Origin: a virus
Lineage: Duplodnaviria > Caudoviricetes
Length of the DNA stretch: 62,814 nucleotides
Strand: one strand, 5' to 3'
Virus record (IMG/VR): IMGVR_UViG_3300042543_000362
Coordinates: 1 to 62,814 of that record
Below are positions 7,131 to 16,217 of this stretch, piece after piece; position 1 is the stretch's first letter, and each line of letters begins with the position of its first letter. Under the pieces are notes generated by a model that was given only the letters and a program-made list of their open reading frames with translations, was not told the DNA's origin and did no database searches. The translations under genes and the position numbers were made by a program.

Positions 7131-8223
7131 CTGGCTGACCCCCCCCAGCAGCAGCGACCCGCAGCCGATCGCCGAGACAGACCCAGTTCCTGGGGAATCC
7201 CCCAACCCTGCGCAGCGCCGGGGACGCGGGCTTCACCCTTTCAACCGGCACCAGCACCAGCTGATCAGGCCGCTCGCGGCGCCGCCTGCTCTTGTCCTTT
7301 GGCTCCGGTTTCTTCCGCTCCACCGCCACCAGCACCAGCTGCACCGACTGCGACGCCAGCGACGCCTGCAGCCGTGCAAGCCGCACCTCCAAGGCCCGTG
7401 TGCTCAGGCCTTCCTGCTGGGCCAGCTCGCTCCGGGGGATCTCCACCCCGTCAAGGCCCCAGGCCAGGGACAACAACCTGCGATCCGGCGGCGCCAACCT
7501 GGCGATCAGCCCCCGCAGCTGCTCCGCCTGGCGCCAGCGTTCGCGCTGTTCCTCTTCATCCTCTGGCGTGCGGTCGTAGGCGGCGCACAGGCTGCCCAGC
7601 TCTAGCCCGTCATCGGTCACGACCTGATCCAGCGAGGCCACCGGCCGGCCGTTCTCAATCACCTGCTCCAGCACCCGCAGCGACACGCCCAGCTCTGCGG
7701 CGATCTCCGCCTGCGTCGGCGTGCGGCTCAGTTCCCGTTCCAGCCGTCGGGTGATGGCGTCCAGCTTCGCTAGATGCTGGCAGTGGCTGCCGGGGATGGC
7801 GATGGCGCGGCCGTGCTGATCGACCCAGCGGTTGATGGCCTGCCGTATCCACCAATATGCGTAGGTGGAGAACCGGTAGCCCTTCGCCGGATCAAACCGC
7901 TCAGCGGCGGTGATCAGGCCCATGTTCCCGGCTTGGGTCAGATCTTCGCGGTCGAATGACCGGGTGAGCCTGTGGCAGCGCTTGGAGATGTACGCCACCA
8001 CCAGCCGCAGATTCGCCGATACGAACCGGTCCCGGGCCCGCTGGCCGCGGCGCCGGATCCCTGGTGGGCACGGGTCGGGGTGCTGCTGCCAGCGCTGGAT
8101 GGCCGTGCCCAGTTCAATCTCTTCGGCTGGGGAGAGCAGGGGAATGCGCCCGATCGAGTCGAGCCACCAGGACTGGTTGCTGCTGGCCGGCACGGATCGA
8201 ATGTGACGATTTGCCCCCATCAT
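7036..8223 (-). CDS. sigma-70 family RNA polymerase sigma factor (cyanobacterial RpoD/group-2-like); start may be slightly downstream
   Basis: IGRIPLLSPAEEIELG, ANLRLVV, DLTQAGNMGL and ERFDPAKGYRFSTYAYWWIRQAI. Confidence 0.92.
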   Translation of the reverse strand: MMGANRHIRSVPASSNQSWWLDSIGRIPLLSPAEEIELGTAIQRWQQHPDPCPPGIRRRGQRARDRFVSANLRLVVAYISKRCHRLTRSFDREDLTQAGNMGLITAAERFDPAKGYRFSTYAYWWIRQAINRWVDQHGRAIAIPGSHCQHLAKLDAITRRLERELSRTPTQAEIAAELGVSLRVLEQVIENGRPVASLDQVVTDDGLELGSLCAAYDRTPEDEEEQRERWRQAEQLRGLIARLAPPDRRLLSLAWGLDGVEIPRSELAQQEGLSTRALEVRLARLQASLASQSVQLVLVAVERKKPEPKDKSRRRRERPDQLVLVPVERVKPASPALRRVGGFPRNWVCLGDRLRVAAAGGGQPVNKRESERANPCELALLVRASETLRPFFFFQ

Positions 8224-8255
8224 AGGGTGCGAAAGGGGAACCGATCCGGTATGGT
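8219..8255. promoter_or_regulatory. divergent promoter pair with GGGTGC/GGAACC box
   Basis: TATGAT on the minus strand (8219-8224); GGGTGCGAAAGGGGAACCGATCCGGTATGGT on the plus strand. Confidence 0.65.
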
Positions 8256-8283
8256 GTGGGGGCGTTCACCACTCGCTACGACC

Positions 8284-8781
8284 ATGGCACAGGAATGGAT
8301 CACAGACCGACCGCCGACAGGGGCGGATGGAGATCACATCGGGTCGGTGCATGTGAAGATGCACCCTCGCGGCGGCAGCTTCTGCCGTATTTACTGGAGC
8401 TACGTCGCTGCCGGCGCCCCGTGGCAGCACACCAACCACTGGCAGCCACCTGCTGAGCCCGCCCCCACCGAGCCCGACCGCATCGCCGCGCTGGAGCAGC
8501 GGGTGGCGGAGTTGGAAGGTGTCGCTGAGCTGCCGGGTGGCCTCCCCGACCTGGAGCAGCGGGTGGCGGAGTTGGAGGGCGGTGAAGATGCGGTTGGACT
8601 GCTCTATTCGCATCTCCAATCTCGGCTAGCGAAGCTAGAAGGAGCCCAAGACGATGGCTCTGCGCCCAAGTGGACGCTCAACCGCATCGCCGACCTAGAG
8701 GATCAGCTGGCGGCGCTGGAAGCCACCACGCGCCAGCTGCTGCACGGGTCCCGGTTCCGCCTTGTTGTGGAGCCTCGCTAA
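8284..8781 (+). CDS. hypothetical protein with coiled-coil repeats
   Basis: LEQRVAELEG twice; a 26-bp exact repeat at 8491 and 8551. Confidence 0.65.
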   Translation: MAQEWITDRPPTGADGDHIGSVHVKMHPRGGSFCRIYWSYVAAGAPWQHTNHWQPPAEPAPTEPDRIAALEQRVAELEGVAELPGGLPDLEQRVAELEGGEDAVGLLYSHLQSRLAKLEGAQDDGSAPKWTLNRIADLEDQLAALEATTRQLLHGSRFRLVVEPR

Positions 8782-9938
8782 TGACCACCTTCATAACAAA
8801 AGACGGCATTTCAATTGATCCCGAAATCCCGCAGACATGGGAAAAGGGCGAAGAAATGGCCGCCGACCAGCACACTCCGCCCCCAGCCATGACCACCCTC
8901 TTCGACCTAACTGGTGAGGCCGCGTTAGCCGCCGCGCCAGACATCGCCGAGACATCCGCGCTAACCCGCTGGGACGCCCTAGCGGCCGACATCGCCTTTG
9001 CCACCGAACAGGCAGAAGGAAAGGAGTTCGACTACCGCGACAAATGGGATAACAAGCAAGCTCGCAGCTGGGTCGCTCAACTGCGAAAGCTCAAGGGCAA
9101 AATTGAGCGCGCACGCAAGGACGCCAAGGCGGTTCACCTAGAGCGCGGCCGCGCAGTGGACGAAACAGCCAAGTTGCTGGAAACATCGGTTCAAGGGCTG
9201 ATCGAGCCCCATGAGCGAGAGCTCAAGGCTCTGGAAGCCGAGGAACAGTCGCGCATCGACGCGCACAGAGCAGTGCTGGAGCGCATCGCCGCGCTGCAGG
9301 AAGGTGTCACCACCGCCGACGAAGCCCAGGTCCGGCTGACGCAGCTTGCCGCGATTGACCCCAGCGCCTTGGAGGAGTTCACCACCGCTGGCGCCAACCG
9401 CAAGCTGGAAGCAACCGAAAAACTTCAGTCCCTGTGGGATTCCCTGCGGGTTCAAGAGGCTGAGCGTGCCGAACTGGAAAAGCTCCGGACGGAAAAGGCA
9501 GCACGGGAGGAGGCTGAGCGGATTGAGCGCATCCGACGGGAAGCAGCTGAAGCCGAGCGACGGAGCGCCGCCGAAGCCGCACAACGCGCCGAAGCTGACC
9601 GCCTGCAACGGGAAGCCATTGCAGCCGCAGAGGCAGCACGCCGTCAACAGGAGGCCATCGCGGCCGCTGACGCTGCGCGCCGTGCGCAGGCCCAAGCCGA
9701 AGAGCGCGAACGCATGGCAATCGCCGCGGCGAACGCCGCACAGCAGGCCGAGGCTCAGCGTCAAGCCGAAGAGGTCAGCCGCCAACAGCAAGCCGAAGAG
9801 GCCCGCGAAAAGCGCGCCGCCGACCTAGAGCTGTCGATCTTGGCGGCACTGGGCCGCATGACCCGAGAGCAGGTGGCCGCGGCGATTGTCGCCGGCACTC
9901 TGCACCCGGCGGTATGCGTTGACTGGACGCGCGCCTAA
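8781..9938 (+). CDS. long coiled-coil phage protein
   Basis: A/E/R-rich helical ORF coupled to the upstream stop. Confidence 0.7.
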   Translation: MTTFITKDGISIDPEIPQTWEKGEEMAADQHTPPPAMTTLFDLTGEAALAAAPDIAETSALTRWDALAADIAFATEQAEGKEFDYRDKWDNKQARSWVAQLRKLKGKIERARKDAKAVHLERGRAVDETAKLLETSVQGLIEPHERELKALEAEEQSRIDAHRAVLERIAALQEGVTTADEAQVRLTQLAAIDPSALEEFTTAGANRKLEATEKLQSLWDSLRVQEAERAELEKLRTEKAAREEAERIERIRREAAEAERRSAAEAAQRAEADRLQREAIAAAEAARRQQEAIAAADAARRAQAQAEERERMAIAAANAAQQAEAQRQAEEVSRQQQAEEAREKRAADLELSILAALGRMTREQVAAAIVAGTLHPAVCVDWTRA

Positions 9939-9943
9939 TTGCC

Positions 9944-10249
9944 ATGCCCACCCCCACCCCACCCCTCTCCTGTGACGGCGCCCTGTCGGACCTGATCCTT
10001 CAGGCCGCCCGCCAGGCGCTGCCGGCACACGTGGACTCCCTGATTGAGCTGCCCGACTGCGGCGAGCGCAACCGCCCGCTCATGCCCCTGCTGGTGGGGC
10101 TGATCGATGCGGCGAAGGTCACGGCCAGCGCAATCAACGACAACGCCTGGGACTCGGGCCCAGCGCTGCCCACGGGTCTGGCAGACAGCCTGCTCGCTGA
10201 GCTGGAGATTGTTCGCCAGCTCATCACCTCTGCCTGTGACGCTTTCTGA
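9944..10249 (+). CDS. hypothetical protein
   Basis: In-operon ORF with phage-like codon usage. Confidence 0.6.
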   Translation: MPTPTPPLSCDGALSDLILQAARQALPAHVDSLIELPDCGERNRPLMPLLVGLIDAAKVTASAINDNAWDSGPALPTGLADSLLAELEIVRQLITSACDAF

Positions 10250-10392
10250 GCCATGTTTACTCACGATACAATGCTTATTATTTCAATGATTTTTTGTGCA
10301 TCCGTAATTGACAACAAACCATGGAAAACCGCATTGGGCTTAATTTACGGCGTTCTTGCTTTTTTGCACTGACCAATGAATCTCCGCAACCC

Positions 10393-10581
10393 ATGCCTGT
10401 ATTCACCGGAATCACCCACAAGATCACTTATCGCCGTCCCACCGATGACACAATCCACAAACTTGAATGGAGCTGCCCCAAGGGGTGGGGTCGTACTGCC
10501 GTTCGCGAGGCCTTCTACGCTCAGTTCCCCGGCGCCGAGATCCTCAGCATGGAGGAGGCCCCATGCTCCTTCTTCATCTGA
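10393..10581 (+). CDS. hypothetical protein
   Basis: MPVFTGITHKITYRRP...; operon context. Confidence 0.55.
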   Translation: MPVFTGITHKITYRRPTDDTIHKLEWSCPKGWGRTAVREAFYAQFPGAEILSMEEAPCSFFI

Positions 10582-10755
10582 TCACCGCCTGGCTGCTGTG
10601 CTCAGTCAGGCCCAGGCCCGCCGCGCTGCAGCTGCTGCCCAGGCCACTGCCGGTCGCCGAGCCGTGATCTGCCTGGCGCTGTGCCTGCTGGGCATGGTGG
10701 CTGGCGCCGTGGTGCTGGTTCAGGAGGTGGGGATTCAGCAGGTGGAGGTGCGGCG

Positions 10756-10914
10756 ATGAGTCGGACTGAAGCCACATGCCTGATAACCGTCACCCTTCTC
10801 TTTGGCTCTGCAGCTTTTGTAGTTGCTTTGTACGGCGATGGTTTTCTTGCAGCTCTGTTTGCCTTGATCTCAGGTATTCCTTTCATTTCCTATTTAGTGA
10901 TTCATCATGGCTGA
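10756..10914 (+). CDS. small two-TM membrane protein
   Basis: Hydrophobic, AT-rich, GGAGG upstream. Confidence 0.55.
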   Translation: MSRTEATCLITVTLLFGSAAFVVALYGDGFLAALFALISGIPFISYLVIHHG

Positions 10915-11296
10915 TCATCCTGTGAAGGTGCCGCCGGAGTTGTTCACAGAATGGCTCAACGAAGCGCTGCTGCAGCACGACGCTAAGTCTGGGATGATCG
11001 CCGCAATGGTGGCCGACCGCGCCGCCCAGTGGGGCGCAGATCAGCAGCTGTTAAAGGTCAACGACTGGATTCGTTGTTTGGGGGATGACTCGAAAACAGG
11101 CATTCGCTGGGAATTAGAAATAGTCCAGCTTGACCGCCTTGGCAGAGAGCTTTGGCAAGCTATGCGCCCCAAGCCGCCGACGCTGGCGGAGCAGGGGCTG
11201 GAAGCGCTCAATAAGGGCTGCTTCCCCTCCGACGACGAGATCGCCACCATCCGCACCGCCCTCAACCGTCTCGCCGAACTGGAGGCCCAGCAATGA
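10907..11296 (+). CDS. hypothetical protein
   Basis: Overlap-coupled ORF in the rightward small-gene cluster. Confidence 0.6.
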   Translation: MADHPVKVPPELFTEWLNEALLQHDAKSGMIAAMVADRAAQWGADQQLLKVNDWIRCLGDDSKTGIRWELEIVQLDRLGRELWQAMRPKPPTLAEQGLEALNKGCFPSDDEIATIRTALNRLAELEAQQ

Positions 11297-11547
11297 AACT
11301 CAGATTCCCCCCGACCCGCTACCGCGTTGTGCGGGATGGATGGCTGGGCTATGAAGCTCAGTACAAGGTGTGGTGGTGGCCGTTCTTTAGGCCGTGCGAG
11401 CGTGGCGGCAGTGGAGTCGAATGCAACAGCAACTACACGATTGAAAGCGCCCGTCAGCTATGCGCTGATCACGCCAGGCATCGGCGGCATGACGCCGGCC
11501 AGGTTGTCGCCCAATTCTCTGCCCGCGAACTGGAGGCCAACCAATGA
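11293..11547 (+). CDS. hypothetical protein
   Basis: ATGA coupling; GGAGG upstream. Confidence 0.6.
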   Translation: MKLRFPPTRYRVVRDGWLGYEAQYKVWWWPFFRPCERGGSGVECNSNYTIESARQLCADHARHRRHDAGQVVAQFSARELEANQ

Positions 11548-11777
11548 CCTTCACCCCCGGCGACGACGCCTGCCAGTCCGCTGGCGAGGGCATCACCAGG
11601 ACCAGCGAGCCCGGCGCCAGGTTCTGGCCGGTGCAGATCCACTGGCCCGGCTGCCGGCCGATGCGCTGCACCATCCGCGCCACCTGCAAACGGCAGGCGT
11701 ACCAGTTCGCCGAGCGCCGGCATCCTGATGCCAGCTCAATCACCATCCTGTCTCGGAGATCCACACCATGGCTATGA
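11544..11777 (+). CDS. hypothetical protein
   Basis: ATGA coupling; GGAGG upstream. Confidence 0.55.
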   Translation: MTFTPGDDACQSAGEGITRTSEPGARFWPVQIHWPGCRPMRCTIRATCKRQAYQFAERRHPDASSITILSRRSTPWL

Positions 11778-11935
11778 GACTTCCGGCGTTTCTACTCATC
11801 ATCGTCCATTCGGCATTGATTGCTTTTTGTGTGCACTGGATCAACACTGGAGCAATTGATCCAGTGGCATTCATATTCCTGGCGATTGTCAACGCCGTCG
11901 GGATCGCCTTCAACGTCTTCACCATCGCCAAATAA
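11768..11935 (+). CDS. small two-TM membrane protein (55 aa)
   Basis: MAMRLPAFLLIIVHSALIAF...; manually translated. Confidence 0.5.
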   Translation: MAMRLPAFLLIIVHSALIAFCVHWINTGAIDPVAFIFLAIVNAVGIAFNVFTIAK

Positions 11936-11937
11936 CC

Positions 11938-12150
11938 ATGGCTCTAACCGCCACCCGTACCGCCAACCCCTGGCGATTCAGCCCAGGGGATCACGTCTAC
12001 ATCGCCGGTCGCCCTCAGGAACCGGCGATCATCACCTCAGCCCTTGGCCGCGGCGCCGCCGACTGGCCGCACTACTACCTAGTGGATGCCGATGGTCACG
12101 AATGGCTTGTGCCGCAGATTCATTTAAGCAGCTCACCAGTTGTGCCGTGA
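11938..12150 (+). CDS. hypothetical protein
   Basis: FSPGDHVYI..., an SH3-like beta pattern; operon context. Confidence 0.55.
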   Translation: MALTATRTANPWRFSPGDHVYIAGRPQEPAIITSALGRGAADWPHYYLVDADGHEWLVPQIHLSSSPVVP

Positions 12151-12629
12151 AGAAAGGCCAGCAGTGCCCAGAGTGCGGCGACCCTTTGTCGTTCTGCATC
12201 ATTTACAGCCGCATGATTCGTGGGCAGCGCCGCCGGCGTAGGCACTGCAAGTCATGCGGCTTTCTCACGGTTGATCTTGACGGCGAGCCGATACAGGCAC
12301 CGGGTCGGCCTGGTTGGACACGGCGATTCACCCGGGAGCAGATTGCTCAGATCGTCATGCTGAAAGGCCATCAGACCCAGCGGCTCACGGCGCAGCAGTT
12401 CGGCTGCAGCGGTGAGATGGTGCGACAGATTTGGGCCGGGCGGGCCTACAGCGACTGGACCGGGATCAGCTACCGGCCGCCGCTGCGACCTGGTGAACCG
12501 TCGTGTGAGCAGTGCCGCGAGTGGCGGGGTCCAGACGCTGAGCATCCCTGCCGCATGGGGTTCCCCGACCCGATCAAAGAGGGCCCCGGGTTCGCTCGGG
12601 ACTGTTCGCTGTTCGAAAAGAGGGGGTAA
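12147..12629 (+). CDS. zinc-ribbon plus HTH DNA-binding protein
   Basis: CPEC...RRRRRHCKSC ribbon; TAQQFGCSGEMVRQIW HTH; GTG start. Confidence 0.65.
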   Translation: MKKGQQCPECGDPLSFCIIYSRMIRGQRRRRRHCKSCGFLTVDLDGEPIQAPGRPGWTRRFTREQIAQIVMLKGHQTQRLTAQQFGCSGEMVRQIWAGRAYSDWTGISYRPPLRPGEPSCEQCREWRGPDAEHPCRMGFPDPIKEGPGFARDCSLFEKRG

Positions 12630-12663
12630 TGCCAGACAGGCTGGGCTGCGGTATACTGCATTC

Positions 12664-12842
12664 AGTGCTCAAGTTGACTTGTTCGGCTTGGATGCTCTTG
12701 CGCCGTCTAATCACCGGCGGTTCGCGCTCCCTGGGCCCACTGCTGCAGCAGCCGGGGAGACCGAAAACCTCAGCGGCGAGATGGTGTCTGTGACCCGCTG
12801 ATGAATCCCTGCAAGGCCTCCGGTTTCCGCCGGGGGCTTTGT
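12664..12842 (+). ncRNA. candidate structured small RNA
   Basis: TATACT at 12652, several stems and a terminator-like hairpin; no convincing ORF. Confidence 0.3.
12811..12842 (+). terminator. putative intrinsic terminator
   Basis: AGGCCTCCGG/CCGGGGGCTT stem followed by a short T tract. Confidence 0.5.
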
Positions 12843-12889
12843 AGTGTTGCCATGTCTTCCGGCTCGCTGTTCCGGCCGTAGCCTGAACC

Positions 12890-13102
12890 ATGGGCTCCCA
12901 CCTCTTCACCACCGAACTGGTCATCCGCGATGGGATCCCCGTCTGGCTGGTGCAGGGCGGCGGGGTGGAGGCTGTGGACAGTGATCGGCGCACAGCTGAG
13001 GCGATGTTTCGCCAGACATGCCAACGCCGCGGACTGCAGCTCCCTGGTGGGAGTGAGCAGCCGCGGCGCGGGCCTTCGGAGTGTGATGAGCCGGGGGTTT
13101 AG
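12890..13102 (+). CDS. small hypothetical protein, probably leaderless late gene
   Basis: TAGCCT motif ends 5 nt before the ATG. Confidence 0.55.
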   Translation: MGSHLFTTELVIRDGIPVWLVQGGGVEAVDSDRRTAEAMFRQTCQRRGLQLPGGSEQPRRGPSECDEPGV

Positions 13103-13404
13103 CAAATCACTGACATGGTGCCAGCGCGCAATGAAAACAACTCGCCGCCCTCTTCCTTGATCAAAAGCTGCACATCGGACGGAAACGCCCAGTTTGCGCT
13201 TTTTACAGCTTTAACAAACTCGGGAACATCAAGCCAGTTGTAAGCTCCCGCCCAAATCTCGTGCTCTACGGCTGTTGTTCCGCCTGCAAACCCGTCAATC
13301 TGGTTCAAAGGAAGCACATCAGCACATGACAGCCACAACTGTACGTCTTTGATTCCTGGGTCTTCAATAAAGGTCAGCAGTATGACGTTGGAAACGCAGC
13401 TCAT
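13099..13404 (-). CDS. hypothetical protein
   Basis: Compact AT-richer ORF. Confidence 0.6.
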   Translation of the reverse strand: MSCVSNVILLTFIEDPGIKDVQLWLSCADVLPLNQIDGFAGGTTAVEHEIWAGAYNWLDVPEFVKAVKSANWAFPSDVQLLIKEEGGELFSLRAGTMSVIC

Positions 13405-13528
13405 GTCAGTGCGGGGTGAGTGGATAGAATGAACAGAACAGCAGCAGGATCATGCCCAAAGGCGGCAAGCCCTACAACACAGGCAAGGGCGGCGGGAAGA
13501 AGAAGCGGGTGACTGGGAGATCTGAGCG

Positions 13529-13834
13529 TCACCACTGCAGCAACGCCACCACGTCGGCGATACTGGCGACGCTGATCGCCCGTAGCCAGTAGACGTGGAG
13601 CCCGTCGATCGGCGGGCGCTCTTCCCAGCTAGTCACTAGCCAAACAATCGAGGCGTGCATGATGTGAGATCCGGGGTGCTGAATCTCTTCGCCGCTTTTG
13701 ATTTCGGCTGATAGCTCAAACCCGCCATCCTTGGCGGGTTTGCTGCTGAAATGAAACGTAGTGGAGTTGCCGCGTTCCCACAGTTCCCTGGAGATGTCCC
13801 TGAACGCTGGTGGTTGTGGTATGAAATGTGCCAT
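13529..13834 (-). CDS. hypothetical protein
   Basis: End of the leftward cluster; start uncertain. Confidence 0.5.
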   Translation of the reverse strand: MAHFIPQPPAFRDISRELWERGNSTTFHFSSKPAKDGGFELSAEIKSGEEIQHPGSHIMHASIVWLVTSWEERPPIDGLHVYWLRAISVASIADVVALLQW

Positions 13835-13955
13835 GGATTGATTGGGTAATGGGCCGTTAAAGTAGTAGGTCACCACTCCCCCTCCCGCGTCCTGGGTGAC
13901 GGCGTAGATCTCGCTTGGGCCGGTGGTGAGCTAGACGTGGTGTAGAGGCGGGGCA

Positions 13956-14117
13956 TCACCGCGCCCCTAAGCGATCAGCCTCACGCCATGGGGCGCCGAT
14001 CAGGGCGGTAACCGTGAACAGCTCGCGCCAGTATCGGGGCGAAGGGCCAGTGGCGCCGATCAGCTGAGCTCGGGATAGGGCGCAGTTGGCTAGGGACTCG
14101 AATAGGGGGGTGGTCAT
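13956..14117 (-). CDS. hypothetical protein (53 aa, starts MTTPLF)
   Basis: ATGA-coupled to the ligase gene; shares its first six codons with it. Confidence 0.55.
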   Translation of the reverse strand: MTTPLFESLANCALSRAQLIGATGPSPRYWRELFTVTALIGAPWREADRLGAR

Positions 14118-14851
14118 GGGGTGCCTCCGTCGCCAGCAGCCCGATTCCAGACTGCGGGCAGCCCGGTCACGGACTCCAGGTAGGCGCCGTCAACCTTACC
14201 GGGCTTGACGTATTTGGCAAGAAAGTCAACGGCACCCTTGCGTTCAACGCGCCACATCGCACCTTCGATCGGGTCCAAGGCGCCATGGCGGCCAAACTCC
14301 CCAAGGCGTTCCATTGCTTCTGGGATCGAAAGCGCCCCACCAATATGCGCGACAAATGGAGTGACGAATTTGCCCTTTGTTCTTTCGGCAACTTCGCTCC
14401 ATGGCGCTCTTTTGGCCTCGCGCATGATGTCAAACGCAACAAAAGGCTCATGCTGCAACAGGTAGCGGGTGCCGTGCGCTACTAGCAACCATTCGCCGAC
14501 AACACGCTCCCCGTCCTCAAGCAAATCAAGGAAGCGTTGGGTATTGGCTTCAACGAAAAAAGAAAAGTGATGATGTTGTTCGTATGGCGACGTGCTAGCC
14601 AAGTATCCGGCTCGGCTTAGCGCAAGGATTTGACCGTTAACGCGGGCGACTCCAACATTAGAGCCGTCAAGCTTTTCCTGAACAATGATCAGATCATGCT
14701 TGTCCCGAGCCTTTTCGGTGCAGATTTTTTCCTGGCCTTCGTGGCACTTATGGTCGCCAGGGCCAAGGCGCGAGCCGGGGAGGTGGGCGATACTGCCGTA
14801 GTTGCGTCGACCCAGAGGCTTTTTGCTTGCGGTGAATAGGGGGGTGGTCAT
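14114..14851 (-). CDS. ATP-dependent RNA ligase-family nucleotidyltransferase
   Basis: QEKLDGSN (motif I), VGEW, FVAFD, IEG and FLAKYV motifs. Confidence 0.8.
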   Translation of the reverse strand: MTTPLFTASKKPLGRRNYGSIAHLPGSRLGPGDHKCHEGQEKICTEKARDKHDLIIVQEKLDGSNVGVARVNGQILALSRAGYLASTSPYEQHHHFSFFVEANTQRFLDLLEDGERVVGEWLLVAHGTRYLLQHEPFVAFDIMREAKRAPWSEVAERTKGKFVTPFVAHIGGALSIPEAMERLGEFGRHGALDPIEGAMWRVERKGAVDFLAKYVKPGKVDGAYLESVTGLPAVWNRAAGDGGTP

Positions 14852-14854
14852 GGT

Positions 14855-15348
14855 TTACCGCTGGGGGGTTGGTGGGGAGGGTGGGGCGGGATCGGGAGTC
14901 GGATCGGCGGCGTCCAGCGCAATCAGCCGGTCGAGTTTGTCTTGGTGGGGTGGGCGCTCGGCCTCCACAGCCTCAGCCTCGTAGCTGAACTGTTTGCCGC
15001 CGTGCTGGAAGCTGCCCCTGACCACCATGGCGCGCGGCTTCAGCAGCTCCTGAGCGATGCGCTGCGCGTCGCCGCTGCCGTAGGTGGTCTCGACTCGGGC
15101 TTGCTGGAAATGGAGCGGGCGCCAATGGGCATCCGGGCCAGCTCCAGCGCCTCCACCCGCCGCACGATCCCCCAGCTCAGGGCGCGCACCTCGGCCTGCT
15201 CCAGCTGGGCGGCCTCTAGGGCTTCGATGCGTTCCATCAGTTCACGAAGGACTGAAGCTAGGTAGTCATCACCAAGGCCTTGAGTTCGTTTAATTACAAA
15301 CTCCCAGTGAGCGGGGTGGGCTTTGTAGGGCACGTGCTGGTCGGTCAT
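14855..15348 (-). pseudogene. possibly frameshifted hypothetical gene
   Basis: Protein-like reading switches frame near 15130 (...LELA / DAHWRPLHFQQARVETTYG...DKLDRLIAL). Confidence 0.35.
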
Positions 15349-15560
15349 GGCTGGGTTTCCGTAATGGGGTTCAGAAATGGAATGCCGGTAGTTCGGCGCT
15401 CAATGATGCGGGTTTTTCTGAGATTGGCGCCCTCTGTGTGAGTGCCGGGTGGAATTGTGATCGTTTCAGGCATTTCACCGCCTGGCGGTGCCATCATCCC
15501 CGCTCTGATCAAGGCTTGGCTGATGGTCTCGCCAGGCTGGAGGTGGATGGTGATGGTCAT
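15345..15560 (-). CDS. hypothetical protein
   Basis: ATGA coupling on both sides. Confidence 0.55.
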   Translation of the reverse strand: MTITIHLQPGETISQALIRAGMMAPPGGEMPETITIPPGTHTEGANLRKTRIIERRTTGIPFLNPITETQP

Positions 15561-16099
15561 GGTGCTTTAATTACTGCTTCTGGATTTGCGAATCCAAGTA
15601 GCGGCAGGAAGAAAAATGGCTGATTTCGTTTCCGCATGACAGCGGCACCTTGGATTTCATTGGAAGCCCTGGCCGCTGCCCTGGCCGCTTCCCTGGCCGC
15701 TTCCCTGGCCGCTTCCCCGGCCGCTTCCCCGGCCGCTTCCCAGGCCGCTGGTGTCATGTGATCAAGATGTCGCCAAAAAGCAAGCACTGCTTGCGCTTGA
15801 TCTCCTAAAATTTGCTCGGGGTTGCGAATAACACTAGAAGGCGCACCTTGTTGCTTGTCGTTGATAATGCGCAACAAGACCGAATGGGCGCGGCTGATGC
15901 CAAACAATTCAGCAACTCGCTTGTCAGCTGCAGTTTGATCAACATGGCGCAATTCTTCAACGGTTAGCCCACCAATAAAATGCAACGCTTGCCCTTGGGC
16001 GCACATGCAAGAGCCGTCGTCACTTACAAGACTTCCCTTGAAGGGCATGTTTCCAGGCCAGTAATCAAGGAGTTCTTCGACTGTGGTTGGTGTAGTCAT
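15557..16099 (-). CDS. hypothetical protein with EAAR/EAAG repeats
   Basis: Start follows a CCACTCGC leader; contains a 12-bp tandem array. Confidence 0.65.
   Translation of the reverse strand: MTTPTTVEELLDYWPGNMPFKGSLVSDDGSCMCAQGQALHFIGGLTVEELRHVDQTAADKRVAELFGISRAHSVLLRIINDKQQGAPSSVIRNPEQILGDQAQAVLAFWRHLDHMTPAAWEAAGEAAGEAAREAAREAARAAARASNEIQGAAVMRKRNQPFFFLPLLGFANPEAVIKAP
15669..15750. repeat. 12-bp in-frame tandem repeat (~7 units)
   Basis: CYGGCCGCTTCC units. Confidence 0.9.
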
Positions 16100-16217
16100 T
16101 AGAGAATGGGAATAGCGAGTGGATGACTGCCGGGATTCATACGTCTGCCCCCAACTCCCGGCGGACTGGAGGCGTTGCGGTGGTGCCGGGATGGGCTCCT
16201 GGCGGGCTGCGGTGTGC

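Noticed and set aside
12750-12810. Hammerhead ribozyme (GAAA plus CTGATGA)
   Set aside because: Core words are present, but stems II and III do not pair in the required register.
13452-13592. Short Lys/Gly-rich ORF MPKGGKPYNTGKGGGKKKR...
   Set aside because: Has an upstream TAGAAT and may be real, but it overlaps a convergent gene and has too little support to call.
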